From: a virus
Taxonomy: Duplodnaviria; Caudoviricetes
IMG/VR virus record: IMGVR_UViG_3300033121_002118
Span: 1 to 64,000 of that record
Length of the DNA stretch: 64,000 nt
Strand: one strand, 5' to 3'
Position numbers and translations under genes: made by a program
Shown here: in pieces, positions 27,025-36,705 of the stretch
How the letters are laid out: each line of letters begins with the position of its first letter
How positions within the stretch are numbered: position 1 is the first letter of the stretch
The notes under the pieces: generated by a model
Told to the model about the DNA's origin: nothing
What the model saw: the letters and a program-made list of their open reading frames with translations, nothing else
Database searches by the model: none

Positions 27025-30000
27025 CTGGGCGTGGTTGAGCCTGTCCCTGATCACGCTCGACTTGCGCTGGATCACGACCTTCTCGACCTCGTCCGCCTTC
27101 ATGGTCACGGTCAGGTCGATGTGGACCACCACGCCCTTGTTCTGGATCGTGTACTTGGCGGAGCCACCCAGGCCCACGGCCTTGGCCACGTTCGACAGCT
27201 TGGCCGCGACGTTGAGCTTGGCCACGTTGCCGTCGCTCAGGGCCTTGTCGAGCTCGTTGGCGGCCTTGACCATGTCGGCCACCGCCTTCAGGCCCGTCGT
27301 GATCGCGCCGGACTTGAAGACGCCCGCGGTGGCGACCAGGAAGTCGCCGTAGGTGGTCAGGTCCGTCAGGGTCTTCGACAGCGACTCACGGGAGGCGTCG
27401 CCGCCCGAGGCCAGCGCCTCCCGCATCGTGGTCGCCAGCTTCGGGATCTCGCCCAGCAGCCCGAACAGCTTGCCCGCTGTCGACACGTTCTTCACGAAGC
27501 CCTCGTCCGTGGGCAAGGCCTTGACCACCATGGCCGCGCCCGACACGACCGTGGGCAGGGCGCTGCCCAGCTGCATCAGGAGCTCGCCCAGGCCCTTGGA
27601 CTGGCTCGCGATGCTGGTGACGACGCCGTTGCTGACGACGGTCGTGGTGCTGTTGCCCGACATCTTGGCGAAGTCGTTGAGGGAGCCCACCAGGCTGGTC
27701 ACGAACCCGAACGCGGTGCCCACCACCTTGACGCGCTCCGCGTCCTCGGGCTTCAATCCCGCACCCACCGCCACGATCTGCTTGAGCACCGTGCCCGTGA
27801 TGATGGGCAGCAGCTGCTGCACCTGGTCCAGCAGGGTGTTCATGAAGGCCACCAGGCCTGCGGAGTCGAACTTCCTGATCTCCTTGTCGGTCGAGAAGAC
27901 GCCGCTGGTGTCCTTCAGGGTGCTCGTGAACGACCTGATGACGTCCGGGCTGGGCATCACGGCCTTGAGCACGCCGCTCACGGTCGAGAACACGCCGCCC
28001 ACGGCCGTGACCTGCTGCGCCTTCTCCTTGGGCAGGTCCACCTTCAGGAACTCGGCCACCAGGTCCTTGACGATGCCCGACACGTCCTTGACGTGCTTCA
28101 CCATGTACGCCGCGTACACGCTGACGTCGGTGGCGATCTGCTGGAACTGGTCCCCGCCCGACATCTGCTGGATGAAGTCGGTGGCGGCCTCGTAGTACTC
28201 GGGCGGGGGCGTGATGACGCGGACCAGCTCCACCAGGGAGGTCGTGGTCTCCGCGAAGACCCGGGCGCCCTCCAGGCTCTTGCCGGGCAGCGCCGCCATC
28301 TGCAGCACGATGCCCTTGACGGTCTCCATCAGGCCCACCAGGCCGCCGCGACCGTCCTTGCCATGGATCATGGCCTCCACCAGGCGCGTCACGCTGTCCA
28401 CGTTGTCGGCGAAGGTGGAGCCGCTGCCCGTGACGAGCTCCAGGAACGAGGGCCGTGACGCCTCGGCGATCCTGACGAAGGTGTCGGCGAACGACTGCAG
28501 CGACCGCAGGATGCCCAGGAAGGCGTCGCTCTTGGCCTTGAAGCTGGAGTCGATCTGGAGCGCCGCGATCACCTTGACGATCTCGACGGTGGTCGAGGCC
28601 ATCGCGGCCACCGCGGCCGAGATCACGGCGAAGCCGCCCAGGGCCAACGCGCCGATGACCAGGCCCTGCGGCCCATACATCAGGGCCCCGATCGCAGCGG
28701 CAGCGAGGAGCAGGGGCACCATGCCCAGGAACACGCCCGTCATGCTGAGCATGACGTCGCCCGTCGCCGTCAGCTGCGCGGGCGCGAAGCCGTCCAGGAT
28801 CTTGCCCACCAGGTACGTGATGCCTGACACCAGCACGGTCATCAGGCCCACGACCAGGGCGCCCTTGATGATCTCGGTAGGCTTACCCACGCGCTGGGCC
28901 AGCTTCACGGCCAGCAGCATCGGGATCGAGACAGCGATCATCTCGGCCATGGCCAGCATGGCCACCGTGGTCTTCTTGATGTCGATGCCGTCCAGGATGG
29001 CAACGATGGCGCGCACCGCGCCCGCCAGCATGACGCCGCCCACCGCGATGGCCCCGGCGATCGCGACCAGCTTCAGGCCCAGGGCCACCGCCTCCTTGAC
29101 GCCCCAGCCCTTGGTGGCCGCCACCGCGCCCTCGGCCGCCTTGCCCTGCTCGCCCGCGGCCTTGAGGACGTCGGCGCCCGGGCTGGCCGTGGTGGCCGAG
29201 GCCTTCTGCGCGGCCGACGCGGCCTCGTTCACGGCCGAGGTGCCCCGGCCCGCGGCCTCGACCGCCTTGCCGCCGCCCGACAGCGCCTTGAGCGCCGACT
29301 GCGCGATGGTCTGGGTGCCCGCGGCGAGCAGCGCCCGGCCCAGGGCCGGGCCGAACAGCACGGCGGCCAGCACGGGCAGCGCGGGCTCGATCGCCTTGCG
29401 GAACTCGGGCGAGGACACGAAGTCCACCACCTTGCCCGCCAGCGCCTTCAGCAAGTCCCAGGCAGCGTCCCTGAACATGGGCCAGGAGTCCTGCAGGGCC
29501 TTGAGGATGGGAGCCAGGACCTGGCCCACGAACCCCGCGCCCGCGCCGGCCGCGCCCGTGAGGGAGCCCAGGTCCACCTTGCCCGACAGCAGGTCGACCA
29601 CGAAGCGCATGCCGGTCGTGACCTGCTCCGCCAGCCACCTGATGCCGTCGGCCGCGATGGTCGACAGGGCGCCCATGACCTTCTCGAAGCCCGCCAGCAG
29701 GCGCCGGCCCGAGGTCGACTCCTTGTCGAAGAAGTCGAAGAAGGCGGTCCGCAGCCGCTTCATGAGGTTCGCGAAGGAGGCCTTGCCGTTGGGGGACGAC
29801 AGGTCCCTGAAGAACTCCTCGAAGACGCCCCTGACCTTTGCCGCGAGCTCCTTGAACTTGGAGGGCCTGAAGAAGTCGGCCAGGCCGCCCAGGAGGTCCT
29901 TGACGCCCGGAAAGACCTGCACGAAGACGCGGCCCAGCTTCACGCCCTCCATGTAGACCGTGCGCAGGGCCACCCTGATGTTCATCATGATGCGCCAGAA

Positions 30001-31497
30001 CTCCCTGGAGCCCTGCACGCCCCCCAAGAAGCCCTTGATGAACATGTCGAAGAAGCCGCCCTGCATGGCTGAGCCGCTCTTCACCAGGCGCTCGATCGAG
30101 TCCGCCAGCTTCGACATGGCCTCGGCCTGCGACAGCTGCTTCCGCTCGACCTCGCCGCCCTTCTTGCGGACCTGATCGAGCGACACGCCCTGGTTCTTGA
30201 GCGAGAACACCATCTTGGCAGTGGCCTCGTCCAGGCCCGTGGTCTGCGACAGCAGCTTCAGCTGCTGCCTCGACATGTTGGCCGTGTCGACGCCCGCGCC
30301 CGCCAGCTGCTTGCGCAGCATCTCCACCTGCGTGGCAGGGTCCTGCGCGTTCATGAGCTCGAACGCGTCCACCATGACGCCGAAGGACTGGCCCAGCTTG
30401 GCCGCGTTCTCGGCGGCGGAGTCGAAGGTCTCGAACGTGTCCAGCGTGCCCGTGATCTTCTCGAGCTCGACCCCCAGCTTCCGCGCGTACACGGAGGCCT
30501 CGGCGATCTGGCGCACGGTCGCGCCCGCGAAGTGCTTCACGTCCGCGAAGGCCTTGCCCATGTCGCGTGAGATCAGCTTCGCGTCCACCTGGAAGGCGCG
30601 GCCCAGCTCCAGCGCGTACTTGGCGTTCTCGTTCAGGAAGGTCGACAGCCTCTGGCCGGTCGAGACCGCGAACTCGCCCATCGCCTTCATCTGCTCGTTC
30701 GACAGGCCCAGGGCCTTCTGGTACGCCAGTACCGCGCCGCCGTTCTCCCTGAACTCCTTGGTCAGGCGCCCGAACACCGCGCCCATCGCAGTGGCGACCT
30801 CGCGCAGGTAGTTGAGGCGCTCCGCCACCGTGCCGAAGACCTGCCAGGTCGACAGCCCGGTCTGTGAGAAGTTCTTCATGGACCGGGCGCCCTCGATCAC
30901 GGTGCCCGCGATGGGACCGCGCAGGGCCCCGAACTCCTTGCGCACGGCCTCGATCGCCTGCCGGAGCTCGTCCATGCCACCCGCGTTCTGGGCCATGTCG
31001 ATCAGGCCCTGGAACACCTTGAACGGGATCGCCAGGATCGCGGCCGAGACGTCGGTGATCCAGCCCAGGAGCCCCGTGAACATCGAGAACGAGGCCTTGC
31101 CGATGGCCGTGACGTTCTTCAGCCCCTGCCACAGCCCGCTCAGTGCCCCCGCGGTCGCGGTTGCGGACTTGGGCAGCTTCTTCTCCATCTGCTGCCCGAG
31201 CCTGCCCAGCTTGCGCTCGAGCGCGGTGGCCGCGCCCGCGGGCTCCTCGAGCGAGTCCACGATCTCCTTGGCGGACTTGCCCACCTCCTGCTCGAACGAC
31301 CTGAACTGCTTCGCGGCCTCGTCGGTCGAGGCGCCCGCCAGCGCGGCCGACAGCTGCTTGACCTTGTCGAGCTGCGTCTCCTGCGCCTGCGCGATCGCGC
31401 GGTGGTCCGCTGCCATGCGGGCCACCAGGGCCGCGAGCTTGCGGGTCATGTCGAGCTGGTCGGAGACCCCCTGCTTGGAGGCGTCGGCGGCAGGCAC
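26953..31497 (-). CDS. Tail tape measure protein
   Basis: 1514 aa, Ala/Gly/Leu-rich helical with hydrophobic stretches; tail-module position. Confidence 0.85.
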   Translation of the reverse strand: MPAADASKQGVSDQLDMTRKLAALVARMAADHRAIAQAQETQLDKVKQLSAALAGASTDEAAKQFRSFEQEVGKSAKEIVDSLEEPAGAATALERKLGRLGQQMEKKLPKSATATAGALSGLWQGLKNVTAIGKASFSMFTGLLGWITDVSAAILAIPFKVFQGLIDMAQNAGGMDELRQAIEAVRKEFGALRGPIAGTVIEGARSMKNFSQTGLSTWQVFGTVAERLNYLREVATAMGAVFGRLTKEFRENGGAVLAYQKALGLSNEQMKAMGEFAVSTGQRLSTFLNENAKYALELGRAFQVDAKLISRDMGKAFADVKHFAGATVRQIAEASVYARKLGVELEKITGTLDTFETFDSAAENAAKLGQSFGVMVDAFELMNAQDPATQVEMLRKQLAGAGVDTANMSRQQLKLLSQTTGLDEATAKMVFSLKNQGVSLDQVRKKGGEVERKQLSQAEAMSKLADSIERLVKSGSAMQGGFFDMFIKGFLGGVQGSREFWRIMMNIRVALRTVYMEGVKLGRVFVQVFPGVKDLLGGLADFFRPSKFKELAAKVRGVFEEFFRDLSSPNGKASFANLMKRLRTAFFDFFDKESTSGRRLLAGFEKVMGALSTIAADGIRWLAEQVTTGMRFVVDLLSGKVDLGSLTGAAGAGAGFVGQVLAPILKALQDSWPMFRDAAWDLLKALAGKVVDFVSSPEFRKAIEPALPVLAAVLFGPALGRALLAAGTQTIAQSALKALSGGGKAVEAAGRGTSAVNEAASAAQKASATTASPGADVLKAAGEQGKAAEGAVAATKGWGVKEAVALGLKLVAIAGAIAVGGVMLAGAVRAIVAILDGIDIKKTTVAMLAMAEMIAVSIPMLLAVKLAQRVGKPTEIIKGALVVGLMTVLVSGITYLVGKILDGFAPAQLTATGDVMLSMTGVFLGMVPLLLAAAAIGALMYGPQGLVIGALALGGFAVISAAVAAMASTTVEIVKVIAALQIDSSFKAKSDAFLGILRSLQSFADTFVRIAEASRPSFLELVTGSGSTFADNVDSVTRLVEAMIHGKDGRGGLVGLMETVKGIVLQMAALPGKSLEGARVFAETTTSLVELVRVITPPPEYYEAATDFIQQMSGGDQFQQIATDVSVYAAYMVKHVKDVSGIVKDLVAEFLKVDLPKEKAQQVTAVGGVFSTVSGVLKAVMPSPDVIRSFTSTLKDTSGVFSTDKEIRKFDSAGLVAFMNTLLDQVQQLLPIITGTVLKQIVAVGAGLKPEDAERVKVVGTAFGFVTSLVGSLNDFAKMSGNSTTTVVSNGVVTSIASQSKGLGELLMQLGSALPTVVSGAAMVVKALPTDEGFVKNVSTAGKLFGLLGEIPKLATTMREALASGGDASRESLSKTLTDLTTYGDFLVATAGVFKSGAITTGLKAVADMVKAANELDKALSDGNVAKLNVAAKLSNVAKAVGLGGSAKYTIQNKGVVVHIDLTVTMKADEVEKVVIQRKSSVIRDRLNHAQYDGSSQPSPIPDSPNSPSPALIE

Positions 31498-31503
31498 GCC
31501 GGG

Positions 31504-31535
31504 TACGTAGGCTCCGCCTCACGGCCGTATAGGTA
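31504..31535. promoter_or_regulatory. Two back-to-back TANNTA motifs (tape measure and divergent gene)
   Basis: TACGTA 31504-31509 is 6 nt from GTG 31497; TAGGTA 31530-31535 is 5 nt from ATG 31541. Confidence 0.6.
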
Positions 31536-31540
31536 CCCGC

Positions 31541-31966
31541 ATGCGAAACGTGATGGAGGCCGTGCTGGTGAGGCTGCTGCGTCGGACGCTGACCGAACGG
31601 TTCGGCGAGGACCCGTCGCAGGCAGGCGAGGAACGCCAGGGCGCGGACCGGGCCAGGGTCGCCAAGGACGCGGACGACGACAACCGGGACCAGCTGATCT
31701 ACGACGCCGACATGGGCAGCCTGGACGAGGCGGACGACGATGCCGAGCCCGGGCAGGTGCGCCTGGTCTACGTGCCCCGGGCCGGCTACGGCGAGCGCAA
31801 GGAGGCCACAGCGCAGGTCGTATCGCGGTCGAAGACCACCATCACCGTCAAGAAGCCCAATAGCGACGAGAGGCTGGTGCTCAACCTCGCCACGGGCAGG
31901 TCCCGGGACGCGAAGCGCGGCACGCCGTCCTGGTACAGCGGCTGGATGCTGGCAGACGTGGACTGA
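31541..31966 (+). CDS. Leader-variant protein (LVRLLRRTLTE|R)
   Basis: TAGGTA 31530-31535, 5 nt before ATG. Confidence 0.75.
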   Translation: MRNVMEAVLVRLLRRTLTERFGEDPSQAGEERQGADRARVAKDADDDNRDQLIYDADMGSLDEADDDAEPGQVRLVYVPRAGYGERKEATAQVVSRSKTTITVKKPNSDERLVLNLATGRSRDAKRGTPSWYSGWMLADVD

Positions 31967-32007
31967 CGCCGTGTGGCGCTCCCGGCCCGGCGTGCTAGGG
32001 TCAGGAC

Positions 32008-32490
32008 GTGAACATCTTCGTCCTGAACGAGGATCCGCGGCAGGCCGCGGTCGACCAGTGCAACAGGCACGTCGTCAAGATGGGACTCGAAGCGGTGCAG
32101 CTATTGTGCACGGCGCTCCAGACGCTGCATCCGGACGTGACCGTGCCCTACAGACCCACCCACGTCCACCATCCCTGCGTGCTGTGGACCATGGCGACGC
32201 CCGAGAACGCGGCCTGGCTGGCGGAGCACGCCCAGGAGCTCTTCCGCGAGTACACGCGGCGCTACAGCAGACGGCACAGGTCCGAGGCCGCGCTCGACGT
32301 CGTCATGGGCCTGCTCCCCCAGGCCGATTGGCGCGCGCACCAGGACTTCGTCCAGTGCATGCCCGACGAATGGAGGCACCCGGACGCCGTGACGGCATAC
32401 CGCTGCTTCTACGTCGCCGAGAAGTCGCGTTTCGCGCGCTGGGCCCCGTGCTCGCGACCGCCTAAGTGGTGGCCGTTCGATGAACTGTGA
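32008..32490 (+). CDS. Pyrimidine-dimer DNA glycosylase-like (DenV/Pyr_excise family)
   Basis: MNIFVL..DP..AA...C.RHVVKM.LE..QLL.TA, YRPTH.HHPC..W, QCMPD, AYR.FY..EK. Confidence 0.85.
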   Translation: MNIFVLNEDPRQAAVDQCNRHVVKMGLEAVQLLCTALQTLHPDVTVPYRPTHVHHPCVLWTMATPENAAWLAEHAQELFREYTRRYSRRHRSEAALDVVMGLLPQADWRAHQDFVQCMPDEWRHPDAVTAYRCFYVAEKSRFARWAPCSRPPKWWPFDEL

Positions 32491-32493
32491 GAG

Positions 32494-32727
32494 TCAAAGT
32501 CCGTGCTTTCGTCGTACGCTGCGCTTGATCTCATACAATGACTTGTTGAGATCGTTGAGACCCTGGTAGACGTCGCTATCGAACGTCTGCGCAGTGTCGA
32601 GCGCGGCGTCCAGGGCAGACTGGACGCCCGACAGAGCGGCGAGCATGTCCTCCTTTGAGGCACCCTCGCGCAGCCTCGCCGCCTCTTCCCTGATGATCCG
32701 TCCCAGCTCGCCCCTCGTGATCTGCAT
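32494..32727 (-). CDS. Small leader-family protein
   Basis: MQITRGELGRIIREEAARLREGA...; TANNTA 32733-32738. Confidence 0.8.
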   Translation of the reverse strand: MQITRGELGRIIREEAARLREGASKEDMLAALSGVQSALDAALDTAQTFDSDVYQGLNDLNKSLYEIKRSVRRKHGL

Positions 32728-32735
32728 GTTGGTAG

Positions 32736-33701
32736 CTATGCGTTCGCCACTCGGGCCAGGCACGCGGCTGGATCCCACTTGAGCTCCAGGTCGGTGACGC
32801 GCACCAGGCGCAGGCCCTGCCCCGCGAACCAGGAGTCCTGGGCACGATCGCGTTCCCGTGTGCCCAGGATGGCCTTGTCGCGCTCCTCCTGCGATTCCTG
32901 CAGCACATGCAGCGGTCGATCCAGGCCGTGCCAGTAGACGCCGTCGAACTGCACATACGTGCGCAGGCTCTTCACGTAGAAGTCGATCCGCCAGCCGTTG
33001 ACCCAGACCTGGGCCTCCACGTCCTCCTGGCCGAACCGCTCGATGAGCAATTGTCCGAACCGTTCCTCAGCCATCGAGATCTGCCGACCGATCGTGCCGT
33101 TTGCCTTCATCGAGTCCAGCGCTTTTTCACGTGCTTCGGGCGTGTGCGCAGCCTCCACCCCTGCACGGTGAACCTCAGGAAGCATCAAGACATGAGGCAC
33201 ACCGTAGCGCTCCATGTTGGTAGCACGGTAGCGCTCCTGCATCACAGGGCTCTTGGCAGGATGATCGACACCGTAGTTCTCGAACCAAGTCGCCCGCGCC
33301 TTCTCGTCGAAGTTCGCTGACTGCGTGTGCCAGTCCACGCCAAACTTCTCCTGGTTCGTCGCCCGTGCCTTCTCCTTGACGCTCTCGGCCTGCGACGACA
33401 CGGGCACGCCATAGCGCTCCACGTTGGTGGCACGGACCCTGCGCCGGATCGAGGCGTCCTTCAGCGGGTTGTCGACGCCGTAGCGCTCGACGAAGCGCTC
33501 GCGCTTCTTGACGTCTAGCGCGCCGCCCTTGTGTTGTAGAGTGCCCTGGCACTTCCTCGAACAGGCGTGGACGGAGGCACCTGCGATGTGCTGGAAGAAC
33601 CGCTTCTCGAAGGTGCGCTGGCAGGCGTCGCAGCGGAGGACGAGGGTGCGCTTGGGATAGTCGACGCGACGGGAAGGTTCAGACTTGATCTCAAGGAGCA
33701 C
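32736..33701 (-). CDS. Putative homing endonuclease (Zn finger, [RK]YG repeats, Vsr/DUF559-like nuclease)
   Basis: CDAC..CSRKC, repeated ERYGV, SMAE, IDFYV..YVQFDGVYWHG, LRLVRVTD. Confidence 0.8.
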   Translation of the reverse strand: MLLEIKSEPSRRVDYPKRTLVLRCDACQRTFEKRFFQHIAGASVHACSRKCQGTLQHKGGALDVKKRERFVERYGVDNPLKDASIRRRVRATNVERYGVPVSSQAESVKEKARATNQEKFGVDWHTQSANFDEKARATWFENYGVDHPAKSPVMQERYRATNMERYGVPHVLMLPEVHRAGVEAAHTPEAREKALDSMKANGTIGRQISMAEERFGQLLIERFGQEDVEAQVWVNGWRIDFYVKSLRTYVQFDGVYWHGLDRPLHVLQESQEERDKAILGTRERDRAQDSWFAGQGLRLVRVTDLELKWDPAACLARVANA

Positions 33702-33745
33702 ACACCAATGTATTGTGCGGACTCCTCAAAATAATCGCTGCCGCG

Positions 33746-34024
33746 CTATAGAGGCCACGGCACGCCCAGGGTTCTCTCGAACTCCTGGGCGCTGGCGCGC
33801 TTCAGGCCCAGCTTTTGCATGACGCTCTCGACAGAGGCCCCGGGCCTGCTGATCTCGTCCTGAAAGGCGCGCGAGGCCATCATGGCGTTGGCCACGGCAC
33901 GCACCTCTTCCTCCGTGCCTCGGACCTTGACATGGGTGGCGCGACCCACCAACCACGCGGCCACGGACGCGAAGAAGATCTTGCCCAGCAGGTTCAGGTG
34001 CAGCTCGTGCAGGCGCTTTGCCAT
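33746..34024 (-). CDS. Hypothetical virion-module protein
   Basis: 92-aa ORF, high GC3, ends GVPWPL. Confidence 0.75.
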   Translation of the reverse strand: MAKRLHELHLNLLGKIFFASVAAWLVGRATHVKVRGTEEEVRAVANAMMASRAFQDEISRPGASVESVMQKLGLKRASAQEFERTLGVPWPL

Positions 34025-34075
34025 GTCAGACCTCGTGGACGTCGCTCCACAGCTTCTGTGCAGCCGTTCCCATCG

Positions 34076-34342
34076 TCACTCCGCCGTGTCGTCCCCGCCG
34101 CCGAGGTCGAGCACGAACGACCTGAGCTCCTCGTCGATGCGCTCGAGCTCCTCGGCGTAGGGCGCCTCGAGCGCGCCGCGTGAGGCGAGCTGGGATGCCC
34201 GTTCGATCAGCGTGATCGCCTCATTCAGGAGCCGAATGACCAGGCCCTGGTCAGGTGCCTCGGGCATGCTGGCTTCGCTCTCGTGCAGACGCCGCGCCTC
34301 TTCCTTGACGATGCGCCGCAGCTGTCCCCTCGTGATCCTCAT
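34076..34342 (-). CDS. Small leader-family protein
   Basis: MRITRGQLRRIVKEEARRLHESE... (alternative start 34351). Confidence 0.8.
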   Translation of the reverse strand: MRITRGQLRRIVKEEARRLHESEASMPEAPDQGLVIRLLNEAITLIERASQLASRGALEAPYAEELERIDEELRSFVLDLGGGDDTAE

Positions 34343-34353
34343 CGTCTTCATCC

Positions 34354-34581
34354 TCACTCGAGCTCCGCCCGGAGCTCGTACAGTTCACCGTCGATCTTTT
34401 CGAGGCGGTTCATGAGCTTGGCGGACACGCCCGCCGCGGAACCCGTCCCGATCGCCTCGGAGCATGCCTCACGCAGGGCGTCGACGGCCGCCAGGAACGC
34501 ATGCCAGTCGCCCTGGGCCTCACGAAGCGCCGCTGCTTCCTCCAGAACCAGCCTCCGCAGGTGCCTCTTCGTGATGATCAA
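34354..34581 (-). CDS. Small leader-family protein
   Basis: TTG start after AGGAGG; MIITKRHLRRLVLEEAAALREAQ... Confidence 0.8.
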   Translation of the reverse strand: MIITKRHLRRLVLEEAAALREAQGDWHAFLAAVDALREACSEAIGTGSAAGVSAKLMNRLEKIDGELYELRAELE

Positions 34582-34590
34582 GCGGCCTCC

Positions 34591-34872
34591 TCATGCCCAC
34601 GCATAGCGCAGGCCGTTCCTGATCCCGTCGTTGATCGAGTCGCGGAGCATGGAGGCCTCCTGGGGCTCGCCCACGACGTAGTCGACGACCAGGTCGACCA
34701 GCTCGTCCACCTTGCGTGCCACGCCCGGATCGACGATCACGTCGGTGACGTCGGAGCTCGCTCCCTGCGAGCCTGGGCCCATCGGACCCGGCCGTTCCGA
34801 CCAGGCCTCGCGGATGTGCCTGCGCACCGCGCGTCGAAGTGCGGCCGTGCCGTGCTTGGGGGAAGTCGTCAT
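34591..34872 (-). CDS. Small leader-family protein
   Basis: ...ALRRAVRRHIREAW; TANNTA 34879-34884. Confidence 0.75.
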   Translation of the reverse strand: MTTSPKHGTAALRRAVRRHIREAWSERPGPMGPGSQGASSDVTDVIVDPGVARKVDELVDLVVDYVVGEPQEASMLRDSINDGIRNGLRYAWA

Positions 34873-34897
34873 CGGGACTACATATCGGCCTGACGGC

Positions 34898-35137
34898 TCA
34901 GCTGAAGCGCCGGAGCCTCGCGGGCACGTGGCTCCTGGCGCGGCCCTGGGCAGCCCGGACGTCGGGCGTGTTGCCGTGCAGGGCCCGGGTCGCGGTCGCG
35001 CCCTCCTCGGAGGTGCGCTGCAGCTCCCTGGAGACGCGCTCGATGAACCACCGCTTGTACGCGACGGGCAGCGTATACGCCTCTTTGTAGCAGAAGCCCC
35101 CGTAGTACATCAGCAGGAAGATGGGCTCGAGCAGCAC
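34898..35137 (-). CDS. gp51-like baseplate/tail assembly catalyst (possibly a frameshift extension of the upstream gene)
   Basis: IFLLMYYGGF.Y.EAYTLPV..KRWFIER. Confidence 0.7.
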   Translation of the reverse strand: MLLEPIFLLMYYGGFCYKEAYTLPVAYKRWFIERVSRELQRTSEEGATATRALHGNTPDVRAAQGRARSHVPARLRRFS

Positions 35138-35150
35138 CTGCGCCCTGTCG

Positions 35151-36038
35151 TCAGGCGTGAGGCCAAAGAAACTTGACGCCCATGGGCATGTCCACCTCCT
35201 CGGACGCGCCGCACTTCCTGCACTCGACCGCCTGCCGCATGCGGATGCCGGGCTCGCTCTCCTTGATGAAGGTCCTGAGGGCCAGGGAATCGCCCGCGCG
35301 CATGCCGTTCCTGACGAAGGCCGCGATCTTGGCCCTGTCGGTCACGCCTTCGATCGACACGATGGAGTGCAGCAGGTTGGTCGTGACCACCTGGTCCGCG
35401 GCGCCCACCAGGCCGTGCTTGCGCTGCTGCTCCGCGGTCGCCACGATCTCCTGCTCGTCCCTGCCTGTCAGGAACCGGAAGCACACCTTCTTGCCCGACC
35501 TCGGCAGCGTGAAGGCGAACAGGTTGCAACCCTCCTCGATGGGCCGCAGCTCCAGGGACCGCAGCGGCAGCTGCCCGAGGTTGAAGGTGGCGGGCGTGCG
35601 CTCGCCGCAGGCGGCGCAGTCGACCTCTGCCTCGTACTCAGGGCCGTAGCCCGTGATGCGGATGGCGACCACCAGCGCGTTCCTGTCGCCTGCCAGGAGC
35701 GAGGCCGGATCGACCCGGCGGTCCGCCAGGCACGACCTGATGAGCTCCGTGATGACCGTGCCCTTCTTCAGGAACGCGCGGGAGGTGAGGATGTCCTCCT
35801 CCCGCGCGGTCATGCCCTTGATCTCGACCGTGTCCACGCCCGCGAACGGGTGGCCGGGCTCATACGCGAGACCGCGTGAGGGCAGCGGCACGACCTCCGA
35901 GGGCAGCTCCAGCCCCCCGAAGTCCGCCTTCAGTTGCTCCACCGTGCTGACCGCTGGCATGCCCTGTGCCGACAGCGCCCCGGGCGGCGCGTAGGCGCCT
36001 TGAAAGACCGCGTTGCGCTGTTCCCTGTCGTCCGACAT
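35151..36038 (-). CDS. gp26-like baseplate hub/tail assembly chaperone
   Basis: VPLPSRG, MTAREEDILT, GDRNAL...RITGYG, CAACG, FTLP, FRFLTG.DE, CRKCG, FLWP. Confidence 0.8.
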   Translation of the reverse strand: MSDDREQRNAVFQGAYAPPGALSAQGMPAVSTVEQLKADFGGLELPSEVVPLPSRGLAYEPGHPFAGVDTVEIKGMTAREEDILTSRAFLKKGTVITELIRSCLADRRVDPASLLAGDRNALVVAIRITGYGPEYEAEVDCAACGERTPATFNLGQLPLRSLELRPIEEGCNLFAFTLPRSGKKVCFRFLTGRDEQEIVATAEQQRKHGLVGAADQVVTTNLLHSIVSIEGVTDRAKIAAFVRNGMRAGDSLALRTFIKESEPGIRMRQAVECRKCGASEEVDMPMGVKFLWPHA

Positions 36039-36193
36039 CGTCGTCCCTCCCATGCTTCCCCTGGCCGGACCTTACCGGGCGTCCGGCGCCCGTAAAAGAC
36101 GGGGCCACGTCGCCAAGAACGCAAGGAACTCGGTCAATGTGGCCCGTTGCTGTGGTTTAGAAGAAAAGGCCTGGGTCCAGGTCAATGACAGGA

Positions 36194-36664
36194 TCAGTGC
36201 TCGTCGTCCGGTCCCAGGAGGAGCCCGTCCCATTCTTTGGCCAGCTCCCGAAGGGTCTTCATGACGGCCTCGATCTTTTTTCGCAGCGCCGCCACCTCGC
36301 GACCCGAGATGCCCCCGAGCCTGTCCCTGTGCTCCTCGAGCGCGTCGGCGAAGTTTCGCATCTCGTCGCCGCCCTGCGCGGCCTCGAAGCTGCCGACGTC
36401 CTCGAGCGTCCGGGCTCCGCCTTCGCTGGATCTGGACGACCTCGACGAGGTACCGTTGAGACGATCTGCTTCCTTCGACTGCGCCAGGCTGCTGCGCGGT
36501 GTGATCCGAGGCGCGTTTTTCGGGCCATGACGACGACGCCCTGCTCCCTGCCGACGGGCCTCTTCACGTTCCCTGGCCGCCCCGAGGCCGCCCCGAGGCG
36601 CCTCCTGCAGCCTCGCCGCCTCTTCCCTGACAATCCGTCCCAGCTCGCCCCTCGTGATGATCAC
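36194..36664 (-). CDS. Leader-family protein
   Basis: GTG after AGGAGG; MIITRGELGRIVREEAARLQEAP... Confidence 0.8.
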   Translation of the reverse strand: MIITRGELGRIVREEAARLQEAPRGGLGAAREREEARRQGAGRRRHGPKNAPRITPRSSLAQSKEADRLNGTSSRSSRSSEGGARTLEDVGSFEAAQGGDEMRNFADALEEHRDRLGGISGREVAALRKKIEAVMKTLRELAKEWDGLLLGPDDEH

Positions 36665-36705
36665 AGCTGTCGTCCTCCTGCTCGCGTGCGAGCCAAAACT
36701 TCCCG

